DNA of 63,566 nucleotides, filler included, from Choristocarpus tenellus KU-1152 (GCA_964200185.2; 15 parts of 15 records of this genome joined end to end with filler, not necessarily neighbours in it); one strand, 5' to 3'. Counted from the first letter of the whole stretch, positions 1 to 13,064 are shown. Notes: generated from the letters alone by a model not told the origin. Program-made: numbers and translations.

Positions 1-1476
1 AACCATCCTCATAGTCCCGCGCCATCCTCAATTTTACGAATCCCCTGTTATATCAAGTAGTCTTTGGGTTTAAGTCTTTGGCGTCATACAAATGTCTTCT
101 TCTCTAAGGGAAATCGTCATCAGTGTGTGAGATGTTGATAATTGGATTCCTTGTTAAAATCGGGGCTAATTGAAGCTTTCAACTACTGGAGTGCATCCAC
201 CACACCATTGGGAAGGAGAGAAAAAAAGAACTCCCACAGATGCAAATGTGCGACTCATCTCTGTGCATTCACTGTTGTATACCTAAAACCTAAAGGATAC
301 ATTCAACAGAAGATAGTGTATTATAATAGTTATGGCATATGGTACGTATCTGTATTGTCCTGGCTATTAAATCATATACCATCGGTGGATTGCTATGGAA
401 TGATTGGCTACATCATCCGTCCCCACTCTTCCACCACTGGTGTTGTCCATAGTTTGTGGCAGCACCTACCCCAAAGTATGATAAAAGTCCACAAAACAAG
501 GAGTCCGCTAGTCAAGGGTGTGCTGCACTCAATGACCCTCCTTGGGCATCTACAAGTACAACATGGAACATGGCACCCCTGATTGTCAGCGGAAGCAGTG
601 AGGGTTTGTAAGAGTAACAATCACAGTTTGGTGGAAACAAGATCAGCGTTCCGTATTTGGGTGGGAGAAAACAGAACGACTTATTGTATTGTGCCTGTTT
701 CTTATCTGGTATAAACACATATTTATATTGTGGCACAATGGTATGGGTAAGAATTGTGATTAGTGAATATCCAATCTATCAATAGCCCCAAGCTATGAAA
801 ACATAAAATATCTGCATCATGTTTTTGGTGCAGAGGTGAATCAAAACCTACGGATGAAGAGTGGCTTCGTACTGGTCACCTTAAAATTAGGTAGCTCGTG
901 TTGTGGGTTGCACCTAAAATGACCTGTATTGGAAGGGGCAATCTCTACAACATACCTCATACACCCTTGCAAGAAAACACATCAGATAAAGTTCAAAACA
1001 CCGAAATGCCAAACAAACATTCCTTAGATATCCATGCGCAAAAATCACCTCTTCAAGAATCATACGTACAGTGTACTTCAGACCTCTCAAGAAGAAGTCA
1101 CCAGATCTCTTTCATAGACCACTCACAACAGATAACTAGGGCAAAAATATTACTACTAATAATGCTCCTACAACTCCCAACGACCACAATGGAGATTATT
1201 GAAGCAACTACATAATAAACAAGTAATATCACCCACAGATAAACACAAATCACAAGCCTTCTTCCTCACCAAACTGGTCTGATGTAGCCTTGTGTCACTT
1301 CCCTGGCAGACCACAATAGAATTGACGTTCCTTGCTGCCTTTTCTCTCAGAGTGTCAAGGACTTCATTGTCCTCAGCCCACTCCAACACCAGGTGGCAGC
1401 CATAGAGGCGTGTCCTTGACAAGGAGTTGTATGCATTGAGTGCTTCCAATGATATGAGGAAGATAAGTGCAGTGTA

Positions 1477-1735
1477 GAGTGAAAGTATCTTAGGGGGTGC
1501 GAGTTTTCCCCATTTATCCATTTGGGGCTTGGCTGCCCACAGGTTTTTAATGACATGTTACTTACTTCGAAATATTTCGGAGTAGGTAAAATGTGTACGT
1601 TATGAAAAGAAGTGTCCGGAACAAGGATATTGACATCTCCTAACAAAAATGATAGCCAAAATTACATCAAAAACCCAACAATTGGATTTTGGCCCCCAAA
1701 TGGACGCGGCTCTACTCTCTAAGATACTTTGACTC
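1477..1735 (+). mobile_element. MITE family A (about 260 bp), full-length copy
   Basis: Ends GAGTGAAAGTATCTTAG ... CTAAGATACTTTGACTC; internal sequence matches the copies at 12.7, 21.5, 28.4 and 48-49 kb. No TSD retained. Confidence 0.92.
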
Positions 1736-2129
1736 GGACAGTGCACAACAGACATGATGTATGGGCTAAAATGTGAGGCAGTCACCAATGACAAGACATC
1801 ATAACACCATAGCAAGAGTATAGTGAGGAGGATGATACATGGTACACAAAAGAGATAAGATGTATCACTAGTGCTTAAATTTTGTGACAACAAGTATTGG
1901 CAACAGCACCATTCGTTGCACATGTACTATACCATGCCACAGAAGATGCCATGGTGTCTCTAGAGGTTTGGTTCTACCTCTGTGTCCCATGAATTTGTTC
2001 CGTTAAGTTATAGCTCTTTGAGATGACCTCCAATTACAAAACGGATTTTTGCGCTGGATTCCTTAGAATATTCTACACCAATTAAGCATGTCTCGCCTTT
2101 ACTCAACACCATCAATTCACATATCCAGC

Positions 2130-2790
2130 GCCGTGTTGTAGGGGACTCGATCTACTTTGACCACTCTGCTGCCTTTTTGTGGTCCACATGTGCTCTGCCT
2201 TGAAATCGTCCCCCCCCCAGCACTTTGAACACCTGATTGTACCTCTTAAAAATAATCTGCCAGACCCTCTCAAGCGTGTCTGCATTGTACACATGGAACA
2301 TAATCTTAAGCCCCTCTACACAGTCATCAATGGCGCCGTAACACTCCGGTCAAGTCCTGCTCTTCAGGGATGCAAAAAACCTCAAATCGTTGATGTTGAG
2401 ATCCGGCGACTGCGCTGGCTGTGTCACAAGCTATATTTCCCATCTACCCTACCTCCCTGTGGCGTTCAGCTTCTGCAACGTGCCTTTGCCTGTAAGCAGG
2501 GTTGCACCATCCTGCTGTACAACTCAGGCCCAGGTAAGGCATCTTCTAATGATGTAAAGAACATTTTGCCAGCCTGTCAAAAAGGTTTGACTCATTGGTT
2601 TATGGGGGCTATTCTGTGCATGAGGTTTACAGATTTGGGCCCCATCCACGCCATACTTCTTTTCATCTTGGAGTTCTGGTCTCGTTTTTCAAAGTCCAGA
2701 AGAAGGGACTCAAATGGAATGTCAAATAAAAAACCTCACTACTTGTTCCCAGTGGGTTGGATGTGACTGTAACCCTTAATTCAACCATGC
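2130..2790 (-). mobile_element. Decayed plant-mariner-like (DD39D-type Tc1/mariner) transposase, C-terminal part
   Basis: Minus-strand frames give VVQQDGA, LVTQPAQSPDLNINDL and YNADTLERVWQIIFKRYNQVFKVLGGDDFKAEH, broken by frameshifts; same family as 37.5-38.07 kb. Confidence 0.8.
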
Positions 2791-2914
2791 GAGTGAATAC
2801 ACTAGGCCGAAGTACTGCTCCAGCCATGTATTGGAGAAAATGGGCTACCTAATCTAAGGCCATGACGGGGTGGTGGTGAGGTCAAGATTATGCCCCACCT
2901 TGAGTGTGCAGCCA

Positions 2915-3014
2915 NNNNNNNNNNNNNNNNNNNNNNNNNNNNNNNNNNNNNNNNNNNNTTAATTAATTAANNNNNNNNNNNNNNNNNNNNNNNNNNNNNN
3001 NNNNNNNNNNNNNN
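2915..3014. other. Artificial contig linker (N-run + TTAATTAATTAA + N-run); first of 14
   Basis: Same 100-bp spacer with stops in all six frames recurs at about 5694, 9180, 13065, 21282, 23972, 28097, 31518, 38074, 47002, 49949, 52938, 56831 and 60367. Confidence 0.98.
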
Positions 3015-3385
3015 AGATGCCCCCCTCCCCTCCCCCGTACCAGTCCCCCTTCTCTTCATCGTCCTCGTCCTCCTCGTCCTCCTCGTCCTCCTTATGCTGC
3101 TTCTCGTCCTCCTCCTCCTCTTCATTTTCCTCCTCGTCCTCCTCCTTGTCATTGTCGGTGTTGTCCTCCTCTTCGTCCCCATTCTCCTCACCACTCTCCT
3201 CTCCTCGTCCCTTGAATTTTCTCTTCCGTCCTTCTCCCACAAACCCCCCCCTTTCCCTTGCCTCGATAGCAGACCGTAGAACTGTCAACACCTTGGTAGA
3301 AATCTTTTTGCCGTTCCCAACAAGTTTGTCGCACATCGAAACAATACCTGCCACGGGTTCCCAGCTTACGTCTTCAACCCGCTTC
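3015..3385 (-). CDS. Probable exon of an unknown protein with a long acidic D/E tract
   Basis: Open frame IVSMCDKLVGNGKKISTKVLTVLRSAIEARE followed by a D/E-rich run to the contig end; splice acceptor uncertain. Confidence 0.35.
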
Positions 3386-3645
3386 TGTTTCCCAGTTCAG
3401 AAAAGACAAGAGCACACATACACAGGAAACACACACTGCAGGTAATATTTCCACAGTAATACAGACGGTTCGTCGTTCGATACAACAATGCCCGACTACA
3501 GTCTTCATCGTAGGAGACACTTATTGAACGTTCCTGTACAAGGTGCTGCGACCGGCACACATATCGCTTACTGCTGTCTACACGATAAAACACAGTGGCG
3601 GTTTGACTTGCCTCGCTTGCAGACGGATGCATAGCCCCTGCTTCA

Positions 3646-5142
3646 GAGAAGTGAAGTGGCAAACTCCTCGTGAGTCAGATAGCTCAGTGTAACCGTGTTG
3701 CGGTCGACCTGTGGTGATGAGGTCTCACACACTTCCTTCAGTACCTCGAAGGACTCTGGCTGAAGGGACTTTACGCCTTGCTGCCAGTTGTAGAGTTTTT
3801 TTCGGCGGGGGAGTAACACCCACCTTCGCGATGGGCAGAAAAGAAAAATATCACGCACTCAGCCTGCCAGGATGAGGCATCATTATTATCACGTCAACGG
3901 GGTATGTATGAGTGGGGGAGGGTGTTATTCAGCGGCCTGGCCTAATTTTAAAACAAACAAGAACAGTTTTGATTGTTCGTGTATATACAACACAGACACA
4001 GCACGTGGTTGCCCACGAAGGAGAGGGTTTGGTTCACAAAATGACGCATCATGCGTTAATTATCTAAGGCAACACCGCAACAGTCTGGTTAAGGAGTGGA
4101 CCTTACCCGGGGGGGGGGGGGGGGAGGGGTATGATACTCAGCGGCCTGGCCTACCTAGTGCTGAAAGAAAAACCTGTTCACTTCGTCGGTGATTTTGCAC
4201 ACACACATACTACATGGTCACCCGAAAATCAAGCATTTGGTTGACAGGGTTACTACACCCGGGATAACTATCTGAACTTAGGTTGAATAGGAGGACACAA
4301 AGAGATCTTCACAAAAGCTGTAACCCAACAAGAGGAGGGGTAGAGCGCCACCATCCCACCAACGTTGACAACTCGCTCACCTATTTGTACATTTTGTGGA
4401 TCTCTGCTAGTGACACTTCTTTCTTCTTCGTCTGGCACTTGATAGCTTCTTGGAGCTTGTGCTGAAAATACACCTTATCGTACAGCGTGCGCTCAACCAC
4501 ACTCTCGATCGTGTCATTGAATGCTATAAGCGTGGTGGTGCAGTGGGCGAGCGGGGCAAGAGGTAGGTGGGAAGCGGTCGTGGGACACACACGGCAGGCA
4601 GTAGTGAGCAACATGTTGCTGCTGACAGAAAGACCACAAGGGAAAAAAAGATCAACAATGAAAAGACCAACAATGAAAAGATCAACAACGGGCTGACTGA
4701 CGATGAATCAAACAAAGGAAACACGGCAACAACTTCGTAGATCAGAAGAGTCGGGCGATCATGGAACAACGACAATACTCCATCACTCACCGTTGGCAAT
4801 TGGCCTCTCTTCTGCTTGGTTGAACTCCATGTAGGCCCACATCATGAAAGCGCGTTTGTGATCAAACTCCCTCTTCAACACCGTTATTCCATGGTTTCCA
4901 TCCAGTTTGCGTCCTTGAACGGCAAGCGTGGTGTCGGTGGTGAGCTGGTCCCTGTTGCCTAAGCAGTCTCGTTGGATGACGATGGACGGAGCAAACTGCT
5001 CGAGCCAGCCCCTTTCGCGGATAGACTTGCTGATGCGCGCAAGGTCACGCTCGCTCAGGGGCCGCACCATCTCCGTGCACGTGATGTTGCCGAGTTTCAT
5101 CTTGTACATGCCAAGGTAGTGCTGTTCGAGGAGCGAGGACAT
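3646..5142 (-). pseudogene. Spliced ParB/Srx-domain + HTH-like gene, decayed; exons 5142-4791, 4523-4381, 3823-about 3646
   Basis: Exon 1 VRPLSERDLARISKSIRERGWLEQFAPSIVI...LDGNHG fits the ParB N-terminal pattern (DGxHR with R>G). The GTGAGT donor and TAG acceptor join in phase to A-FNDTIESVVERTLYDKVYFQHKL. A TAG sits just before the exon 2 donor and exon 3 has a frameshift in an A-run. Confidence 0.65.
3915..4250. repeat. Degenerate direct duplication (about 210-bp spacing) in intron 2 of the ParB-like gene
   Basis: TCAGCGGCCTGGCCTA at about 3929 and 4138, each preceded by a G-run and followed by similar sequence. Confidence 0.6.
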
Positions 5143-5317
5143 GCCCTTGATACAAAATGTGAATATCGAACAGTATACGATTTAATATTTAAAACAAATG
5201 GAGAGTATCAGTTTATTGTGACCATTTCGTTTCGGAACATTTCAAACGTATTGGATCAATTAAGTATGTGGTTTTCATTTTTATTCATTGAAATTACGAA
5301 TATAATCTAATTTTGAA

Positions 5318-5630
5318 TTTCATAATAACCAGAATACACGTATTTTCCAGAACATGGATTTGAGGCTGGTACGGCAGATCACTCGGAACTCAAACATTTT
5401 ACGCCCGGCTTCGGATTCAATTCAATCGTGCCCAAGATCACCTGTTGCCTGAAACCAGAATAGAATCTATTTTTTATTTCATCACAGCGAGAATACATGC
5501 ATTTTCCAGAACACGGATTTCATTTTGGTCCGACGGGTCTCTTCAAACTCAAACATCGTATGCCTGGCTTCGAAATCAATTCACTCCTAGTCCTTCTCAC
5601 TACCCAAGACCGCCTGTTGCCTGAAAACAC
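5318..5630. repeat. Degenerate tandem duplication, about 160-bp unit x2
   Basis: AGAATACA..ATTTTCCAGAACA.GGATTT, AACTCAAACAT, GGCTTCG and CCTGTTGCCTGAAA occur twice in the same order. Confidence 0.8.
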
Positions 5631-8600
5631 CATGACAGTTGCTCCCACAGCAAGGGGGTGGCTTTTGTCACCTGCGCCGCCCCCTACGTTGCCNNNNNNN
5701 NNNNNNNNNNNNNNNNNNNNNNNNNNNNNNNNNNNNNTTAATTAATTAANNNNNNNNNNNNNNNNNNNNNNNNNNNNNNNNNNNNNNNNNNNNGGTATAT
5801 GAAATACGGCAATAACGGTATAATAACAGGCAAACATGCTTTCCACATATGAAAGGGGTAGTTGATGGGAATATTCCGCGCAGCTCGCCGTCGTGCACGT
5901 TTGGCTGTAACAATGGGGATATTTAATTGATGTACTTCTTCCTACATACATATTATACCCTCCAACGTTTTGCAATGGATGAATGTGTCAAGTAAAAAGC
6001 CAAACCGATATCACAATAACCCCTGTGCAAGGAATAAGCAGCAATGGTAGTAGGTGTCATATATATGAGGTATGTCTCCAAAAACTATCTACTATTGATT
6101 ACCTTTTCAGTAGAAGACGGAAAGGTTAAGATGTGAGAGTTGGGTTTGGTGTTGGCATATAGTCAAACCAAGCAAGATCAGTTGCACTAATGGGGGATCA
6201 TTGACTTCTCAAGGTGTTGATGTTTGGGGAGCTTGCACTGCAGATGATGGAAAACGGAGGCAAGATGGAAGGGAGGAGAAGAACTATCTAGTGGATGTGT
6301 CCACAAGACGACCTTGTTGGCAAGTTTTTGATTACGTTTTGTTGGATAAGAAATATATGAACCACGAGGCAAACAAATCAACATAACAGAGGCACGTAGT
6401 TGGTATGAGTGAGAGTGTTGCTGGCAGCATCACACCTAGCTCCAGGGGGGAATGGTATTCCAAGGAGAAGTTTGGTGATGTTACCTGATGATAAATGGAC
6501 GTCATACTAAAGCAGCAGCACCTAACCAACTCACCCAACAACCGACACCACTCACCGTCTACGTGCTGAATACCACACTCTCATCCATTGCATTATCTCT
6601 CGTTTGTGGTTTATTATTCTTTCTTCCCCCTTCTTTCCCTCCCCTCTTGTTGTTCTTCCTTTGTGTGACATGTCATGACTGAGTGTTGACTTTCGACCTT
6701 GATGGACTTGAGATGATGACTCAAGTGTTTGTGCTTGTTGAAGTCAGTGCATTCTTTGGGTTCTCTTTCTTCTTTGTTGCGCTCCTCGTACAAAACTGAG
6801 TACTTTCTCCAGTCTTTTTTCCTTCTCTTTCTCCCCCCTTTACAATATTCTTGCACCACTATATTTTCCTTCTTGTCTTCTACCTAGTATTATTTACCCT
6901 GGATCTCTCGAGTACTCATCTAGTTTGTATTGCCGTCTTCAACCTGTTCAACCACGGATCTGTTGTCATTGTCATCACATTAGCTTGATGAGGGATCCAA
7001 GATATGTGGTCCAAACAGTAATCCGATCTTCGCACTGGTAAGTGCCTGAAAAATTACTTTAAAAGTCTTCATAGTGTCTGTAGACGATTGATGTTCCATG
7101 AAGTTTAGCTTGGGCCTGACATTCTTAAGCTCTATAGAGAAACCCGCAAAATGCTGCTTTATTGAGGTTATTTAAAGTCGATACCTTTCTGTGCAATAAT
7201 ATATTTCAAGGCATAGTGATGGTCTACACTGCAGGGTCCAATCTCTTCCAGGAAGGAACAGATGCAATGTGGGGCATTTCTACAGCAGTCCATGCCATCA
7301 TGTGTCACACACAAACACAAGAACCGTCCTGATCTAAGACATAGCCCTTGCACATATTAAGGCGGCAAAAAAAATCTCAGAATGGTCGCCAACCATCTGT
7401 GCTATTAAATACCTAACAGCTTTGGTCTAATGGAATCATCTGCCCCAAGCATCACCCACAAACATAAGGGATTGTGATGATGTTGGCACTGAACTACACA
7501 AGAAGATATAACCTGATTAGCACCAGCTACAGCCCCCCTCGACAAGCAATCATCATGTCATGGTTATGGCAAGGAAGTGGTGGATTTAAATCCTCACCGC
7601 CGAGGAAGTGTTGAGGGGGCTCTACTTAAAAGGGAAGGTAGGGTCAACTTTGAACATACCAACTAGAGTCTGCATCATTATCCAAGAGACATCAGTCAGA
7701 AGCAGGCAGAAACTGCAAAAAGATTCAACATTTAAAGACATGCACTACCTCTACAACTATGCACCTTCTGCAACGGAATTTTGCGAAGTTATTTCGTCTA
7801 AAAAAATTTCGAGAAAGTATCATTACACGGAACAGGAGTTCCAACATGGAAAGTAGTGACGACACATGCTTCAAGAGTGCTTCACATACGGTACGTATTT
7901 GGAATAAAGACATAAAATGCGCAGCACAAAACAAAACATAACATGGATCACGAATCAAACACAAAACAAACAAGCCATTTTATCAGCACTCCAAACAAAG
8001 CTGAATTTAATCTATACTCGACCTGAACCTACAACATCGCAAGTCCCAGCTGCCCTCCACCCACCGGTGTAACCCAAGATAAGATGGACAGACATGCTAC
8101 ATGAAAGACCAGTTCCTCCAAGGAGTCACAAATGGAGATAAGGGGGGAAAAACAAGGAAGGTCAACAAATAATTCCCTCTCCCTGCATGTGCACCCATGC
8201 ATCAACCCCTGTCACCACCACCACACTACCTCGAGATGTTTTTAAGTCTTCTGAACATATGGCAGGACAGCGTTTGCTCAAGGCTATATAACTACTTTGT
8301 TTGGTCTCTAGCATTACAAATACGAATAGGGAGGTGCCCCACTTTCAACCCCCTAGCCTAACTAAAACCGAGGGCGAAAAAACATCAATGATACTACACT
8401 AAATTGCTCCAAGCAAGCTATCAACAACATAGATTCTGGTGAAGGATGGGCAGAGGCTTAGTACACGGGGATGGAGATGACTGCATGACCAGCTGTACAT
8501 ACATACACCTTTAAACGTCAATCCAAGGAACACAGGTGACACAACCTGCATGCAGGTCCCCCTTGAATTTCATTATGCTGTCCTCCAGTACCCACACATC

Positions 8601-9279
8601 AAGCATACTCATCCCCTACAGCTGCTACAATTCACTGCACCTTGCCATCATTATTCAGGCCACTCTCATCAGGCCAAGTCAACCAACCACGTGCATTCAG
8701 TCGTGCTTTGTCACCTACCCCAAGCATGTGGTTGCTCACTGACAAAGTAACACAGCATAACCACCTGAGCAAATACCTTTTTTGGATATTTCTTCTTCCT
8801 AGTTCTCTCTGACCACCCCTAATAATCCTGACTGGCAGGGCTTTCAAACACCCGATCAGGATCTTCAACCTCCATGGCGCATTCTGAACCACCTCCTTGC
8901 CCATTGTGGTTGCCAATACGACCTTTCAACACCACTACCGAGGGGTCCTCTCTTCCTGAAGAGATTGCATCGGTGTCACCGTCATTTCTACCTCTTACTC
9001 TTACGTCCTTTTCCCCCCTTTTCCAATTCCCTTTCCCCACCCCCTCTTTGAGCTTGGATATTGCCTCTGTTCTAACCCTAACCCTCAAATCCCTAACCCC
9101 CTCAACCTGACTATGTACACCTGGTACATGTGTATCCTCACGGTTACTCCCCCCTTCCCCCTTCACAGCTTCAGCCCCCNNNNNNNNNNNNNNNNNNNNN
9201 NNNNNNNNNNNNNNNNNNNNNNNTTAATTAATTAANNNNNNNNNNNNNNNNNNNNNNNNNNNNNNNNNNNNNNNNNNNN

Positions 9280-9845
9280 GGGGGGGTGGTTTGTGAGGGG
9301 GCGTCCGTTTCGGTCAAACACCTTTTTTTGCTGACATTTAAAATCCGACACGTGCGACCTGTGCAATATAGGCTGATAGTCTATATTGTTTACACGTGTT
9401 TAGTGACCACTATTAGGCAACAGGATTGTTGACTAAGTGGAACAAGTGTCATTGACTTGATTTCCGTGTGCTTAGAGTAATGAATTCGAATCTCAGATGA
9501 TTGATTTCTGATTACTTGATATAAATGGACTGATGGAGGATTACTGACATAGTACTAGCTACACAGGATAAGTGACATAGTACGAGTTAACGGCAGGACA
9601 CGTTTTGATACGTCAGCTGATGTCAGCTGACATATGCAATAGACAATAAGATAGTAAGAGAGAGCATCCCCCGCCACCGAGACCTGTGCTCACTCCGCTA
9701 ATAAATACATCCATACCACACAAAGCAAAATACTCTGCTTGAGTAGCTCTCTTTTCCAAACGACCAAATAACACCAAAAAAAGTGAAAATCGAAAAAAGG
9801 GTGAAAAACGGACTCCGACACCCCCCCCCCAAGATACTTTGGGTC
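9280..9845 (+). mobile_element. Longer non-autonomous TIR element (family C) of the AAAGTATC group
   Basis: Right end CCCCCCCAAGATACTTTGGGTC matches family B termini; 9360-9660 is the reverse complement of 31620-31922; left end lost at the contig edge. Confidence 0.75.
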
Positions 9846-10744
9846 ACTTCATGGACCTATGCTATTCAAAGTTGGAGTGCACAACGTGTTGTGATCATCT
9901 CCTCAATATTGGATGTGCACTACTTCACTGAGTTCTGCATCCTTTGGCAGGTTGCAGAAACATTACATGCAAGATTTGACAGAGCAGGCCACTGCACTCT
10001 TTGCATCAACTGCCATAAATTATGAGCGTGTAGCACGTCATCACCTCTTCCATCCATTGCATGTATGCATGTATCCATGTATCTATGTAGGCGAGGCTTA
10101 TCCATGATAATGATGGCGTATGTGGCGTTATATAGTACAAGTCTTCCTACCGCATCATACACATGATTTCAATGATAAAGCAAGTATTCCTCTGCCTGAG
10201 TAAGGCCACCCCAAATTGTCTTATCGTTATTGCTCTCTTCTTCGGGTATTCTCCTCATTCTCTCTCCCCCTCCATCCCCACATTAAAATATCCATCCTTA
10301 TGGCGGGTCTTACCCTGTATATTAATTGTATATTTTGTATCTGCATGTCGAAACTATAGTTATGCATATCACAGAATTAGCGAATACAGCTCAAGACAAG
10401 TATGAGTCAAGTTGAGGATACCACTCGATTTTGAGTCTCCCCCATTATTTATTAGTATGCCCTCTGATATTTTGCAAATGTGTCAGGGGAGAAACCAAGG
10501 AATAACCAGCCACATGTAAAAACAAATCCCTAAAGAAGTAACAGTTGTCACAAAAGTGAAAAGCGTTGATCTATTTCCTATTTTACTACTATATATGCTG
10601 TACCACTGCCTTCCTGTGTCTCCAATCTACCTATTCCTGCACCCCAGGGTGAGGAGCTAGCGATGCATCCCAAGAATCCAACAAACCCCTCCTTGCCCAT
10701 CTCCCTGGTGACTCCAGCTTTAAAACGCATGACACGTCTAGACA

Positions 10745-12650
10745 GTGCCACCGGCGTTGTTACTGACCCTACTTAACGTAGGTGGGATTTGACCGCCCCT
10801 TTCCTGCCATATCCTCCAGTTCCTCTGCCCCCTAAGGCATGTGCAGCCAGCTCATCCAGGAAACGTTCCAGTTGCTTGCTGAGGCACCCAAAACTTCCCA
10901 CCGCGAAGGTGTTGAGGTTTTAACAACGAAGATCAAAAGACCCTTCATAGTGAGTGCGCTTTCGTTCCTCAGCTTCCGCAGCAGCTACACCATTGCTGGT
11001 GGATGAATGCGGAAGATGTGAGTTTGCCTGCACTTCTGCAAATGTAACATCTAGTAGGAGACCTTTGTCCCTGTAGGGGGCTGATTCGGCATCCACAAGT
11101 ACCCCTGCATGGAAGACTAGATCCATGCAGGAATTCCTGTCTACTGTGAAGGGGCTACCGTCCTCCGTAGTGCAAGGGATGCCCATTCCCTTTCATAGTT
11201 GAACGTTTCACCATAGGGGTGTGTTGTCGCACCTGGCCTCCTGCACCCAGTCACTGGGCACCTGTTTGTCAGGGCCGCGTCCCTCCCGAGGGATCTGCTA
11301 GCAGACCCAAAGTATCTGGGGGGGGGGGAGGTCTACACCAGGGTGTCCATTTGACCCCAAACCAGAAAAGGTGTACTTACATTATCCATCCGATGTATGC
11401 AACCAGATCACCCAAAAATCGCGACATGAAAAAATTGACATCAAATGGACAGCCTCCACAACCCCCCCAGATACTTTGAGCCAGCCGGGAGTTTAAACTC
11501 AGTAGGGGGGATCTGTCATGCCGTCTCCAGGGGTTGTGTTGAGGCCCATGCATTTGCCCCTTGTCCACACTGGCTCCATAGGTGTGCGAGGGCTAATGAG
11601 GAGCTTTCCTTCCCCTGTTGCACTTCACTTGGTAAGCTGGCTAGTTGAGTCCGGAAGGAGTCAAAACGGATCCTGTTTAGGAGGCGAGTGATCTCATGTT
11701 GAGCCCTCCTCGTGATCCTGGCGCCATGAGCTGCCAGAATGTGAACCTCCTGGGCAGGTGCAGGGGATGTTGTTCCCCCCAGGTTACCCAGTCTTAGCCA
11801 ATGATTTCTACCAGGTCTTTGGGAGGGACACCTGTAGAGAGGAGGGTGTCGATGGACGATCCCAAGGCCTGGACTGTGGGGCTCGCACAAACGGCCCATG
11901 AGAAGGACTTGCCATGAGGCCCTTGCTGCCTTGTTAGAAGGGTGGGGAGAGTGGTCACTAGTGATCCTACGAAAGCTGCGCGTTGGCGATGTTTCATAGA
12001 GGAGAGTCCTAACCCCCCCGGACTTGTGGGCATCTGTGCCTGCACTTGTTGGTGGATCTCTAGGCGGAGAGACTCATTGTTACACCCCCCCTCAAAAACA
12101 TATGTTGCCTCTGTCGAGTCTGCTACCTCCATTATCTTCTCTAGTGTCCATAACAAAGTGTTGTCAGCTTGCTTTATGGTGGAGCGTGCCAGGTGAGGGG
12201 GAGGGACCCTAGCAAGATAGCCTAGGCAAGAGGAGAGGGACCAGGAGTTGAGGAGCGAGGCCACATGTTTGTCCTCCGTTCCAATGAGGTGTGTGGTCAA
12301 AGTTCATGACCCAGAGCTCTCGATCAACTCAGCCATATGGGCTATGATGAATCCATCTGTTCCCACAGGAGCCCCCAATGGAGCAAACCTATTTAGATTC
12401 TGGGCTAGTTGATTCCTGCTATAGAAAGAAGCTCCAGTTCTGAGGGCGTGGGTCGGTGACCCTGGGGAGGTGTGGCAAAGGTCTTGTCCATATTCAGGGC
12501 AGTGCCTACCTCATGAAGTCCGTTTTTAACTGCTCAAAAGCAGCAATGATGTTGGGGCCAATCTCCCTTGCTGAAATGGACGTGTCATCCAGATAGCTCT
12601 GGGGGGAAACCCCCTGAGGTCCAAAGACAGACTGGACTCACTGTAAGATT
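10745..12650 (-). mobile_element. Decayed CRE-like non-LTR retrotransposon (RT C-terminal half + restriction-like endonuclease)
   Basis: YLDDTSI near 12.59 kb, QAQMPTSPGGLGL, then MDLV...LLDVT...AAAEAEERKRTHY...TFAVGSFG; many stops; interrupted by a family B MITE. Confidence 0.85.
11304..11482 (+). mobile_element. MITE family B (about 180 bp), full-length copy inserted in the LINE
   Basis: GACCCAAAGTATCTGGGGGG ... CCCCCCAGATACTTTGAGCC; flanks AGCA/AGCC. Confidence 0.92.
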
Positions 12651-12671
12651 TTATGAGAGAAAGTATCTTAG

Positions 12672-12930
12672 GAGCCAATGTATCTTAGAGGGTAGAGTCG
12701 CGTCCATTTGGGGGGCAATATTCAATGTTGCGATTTTGATGTAATTTCGGCTATTGCGTTGTTAGGGAGTGTCAATATCCATGTTCTGGACACACCTTTT
12801 TATAACATAAAACACTTTACCTCCTCCTAGCCATTTTGGAGTAGGAAAATGTCATAAATGGACCCATGGGAAGCCAAGCCCCAAATGGACAAACAAGGCA
12901 AAATTCGTACCCTCAAAGATACTTTCACTC
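12672..12930 (-). mobile_element. MITE family A nested inside the TIR of another family A copy (host 12655-13023)
   Basis: Flanked by TTAG/TTAG; removing it and one TTAG restores GAGAGAAAGTATCTTAGAGGGTACGAG. Confidence 0.92.
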
Positions 12931-13023
12931 TTAGAGGGTACGAGGTTTGTCCTGTTTGTTCATTGGGTGCTTGGCTTCCCATGTTTTGTTTTTACATTTT
13001 CCCTCTCCAAATGTTTCAGAGTA

Positions 13024-13064
13024 GGCTCAAAGTATCTGGGAGGGGGTGTCGGCTGTCCATTTGG
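13024..13064. mobile_element. MITE family B end inserted in the host family A copy, truncated by the contig end
   Basis: GGCTCAAAGTATCTGGGAGGGGGTGTCGGCTGTCCATTTGG. Confidence 0.8.

Noticed and set aside
2130-2790. Mariner relics as the autonomous partner of the MITEs
   Set aside because: Tc1/mariner duplicates TA, whereas the MITEs show 3-4-bp non-TA duplications.
3017-3445. Poly-Ser ORF on the plus strand
   Set aside because: Antisense shadow of the acidic GAG/GAC-rich tract.
6190-7500. Possible MULE/SWIM or other transposase relic
   Set aside because: YLVDVSTRRPCWQ is suggestive but too decayed to support a call.
8050-9179. Possible DIRS/Ngaro retroelement relic on the minus strand
   Set aside because: Only faint cues such as VFLGLTF; no diagnostic motif could be read.
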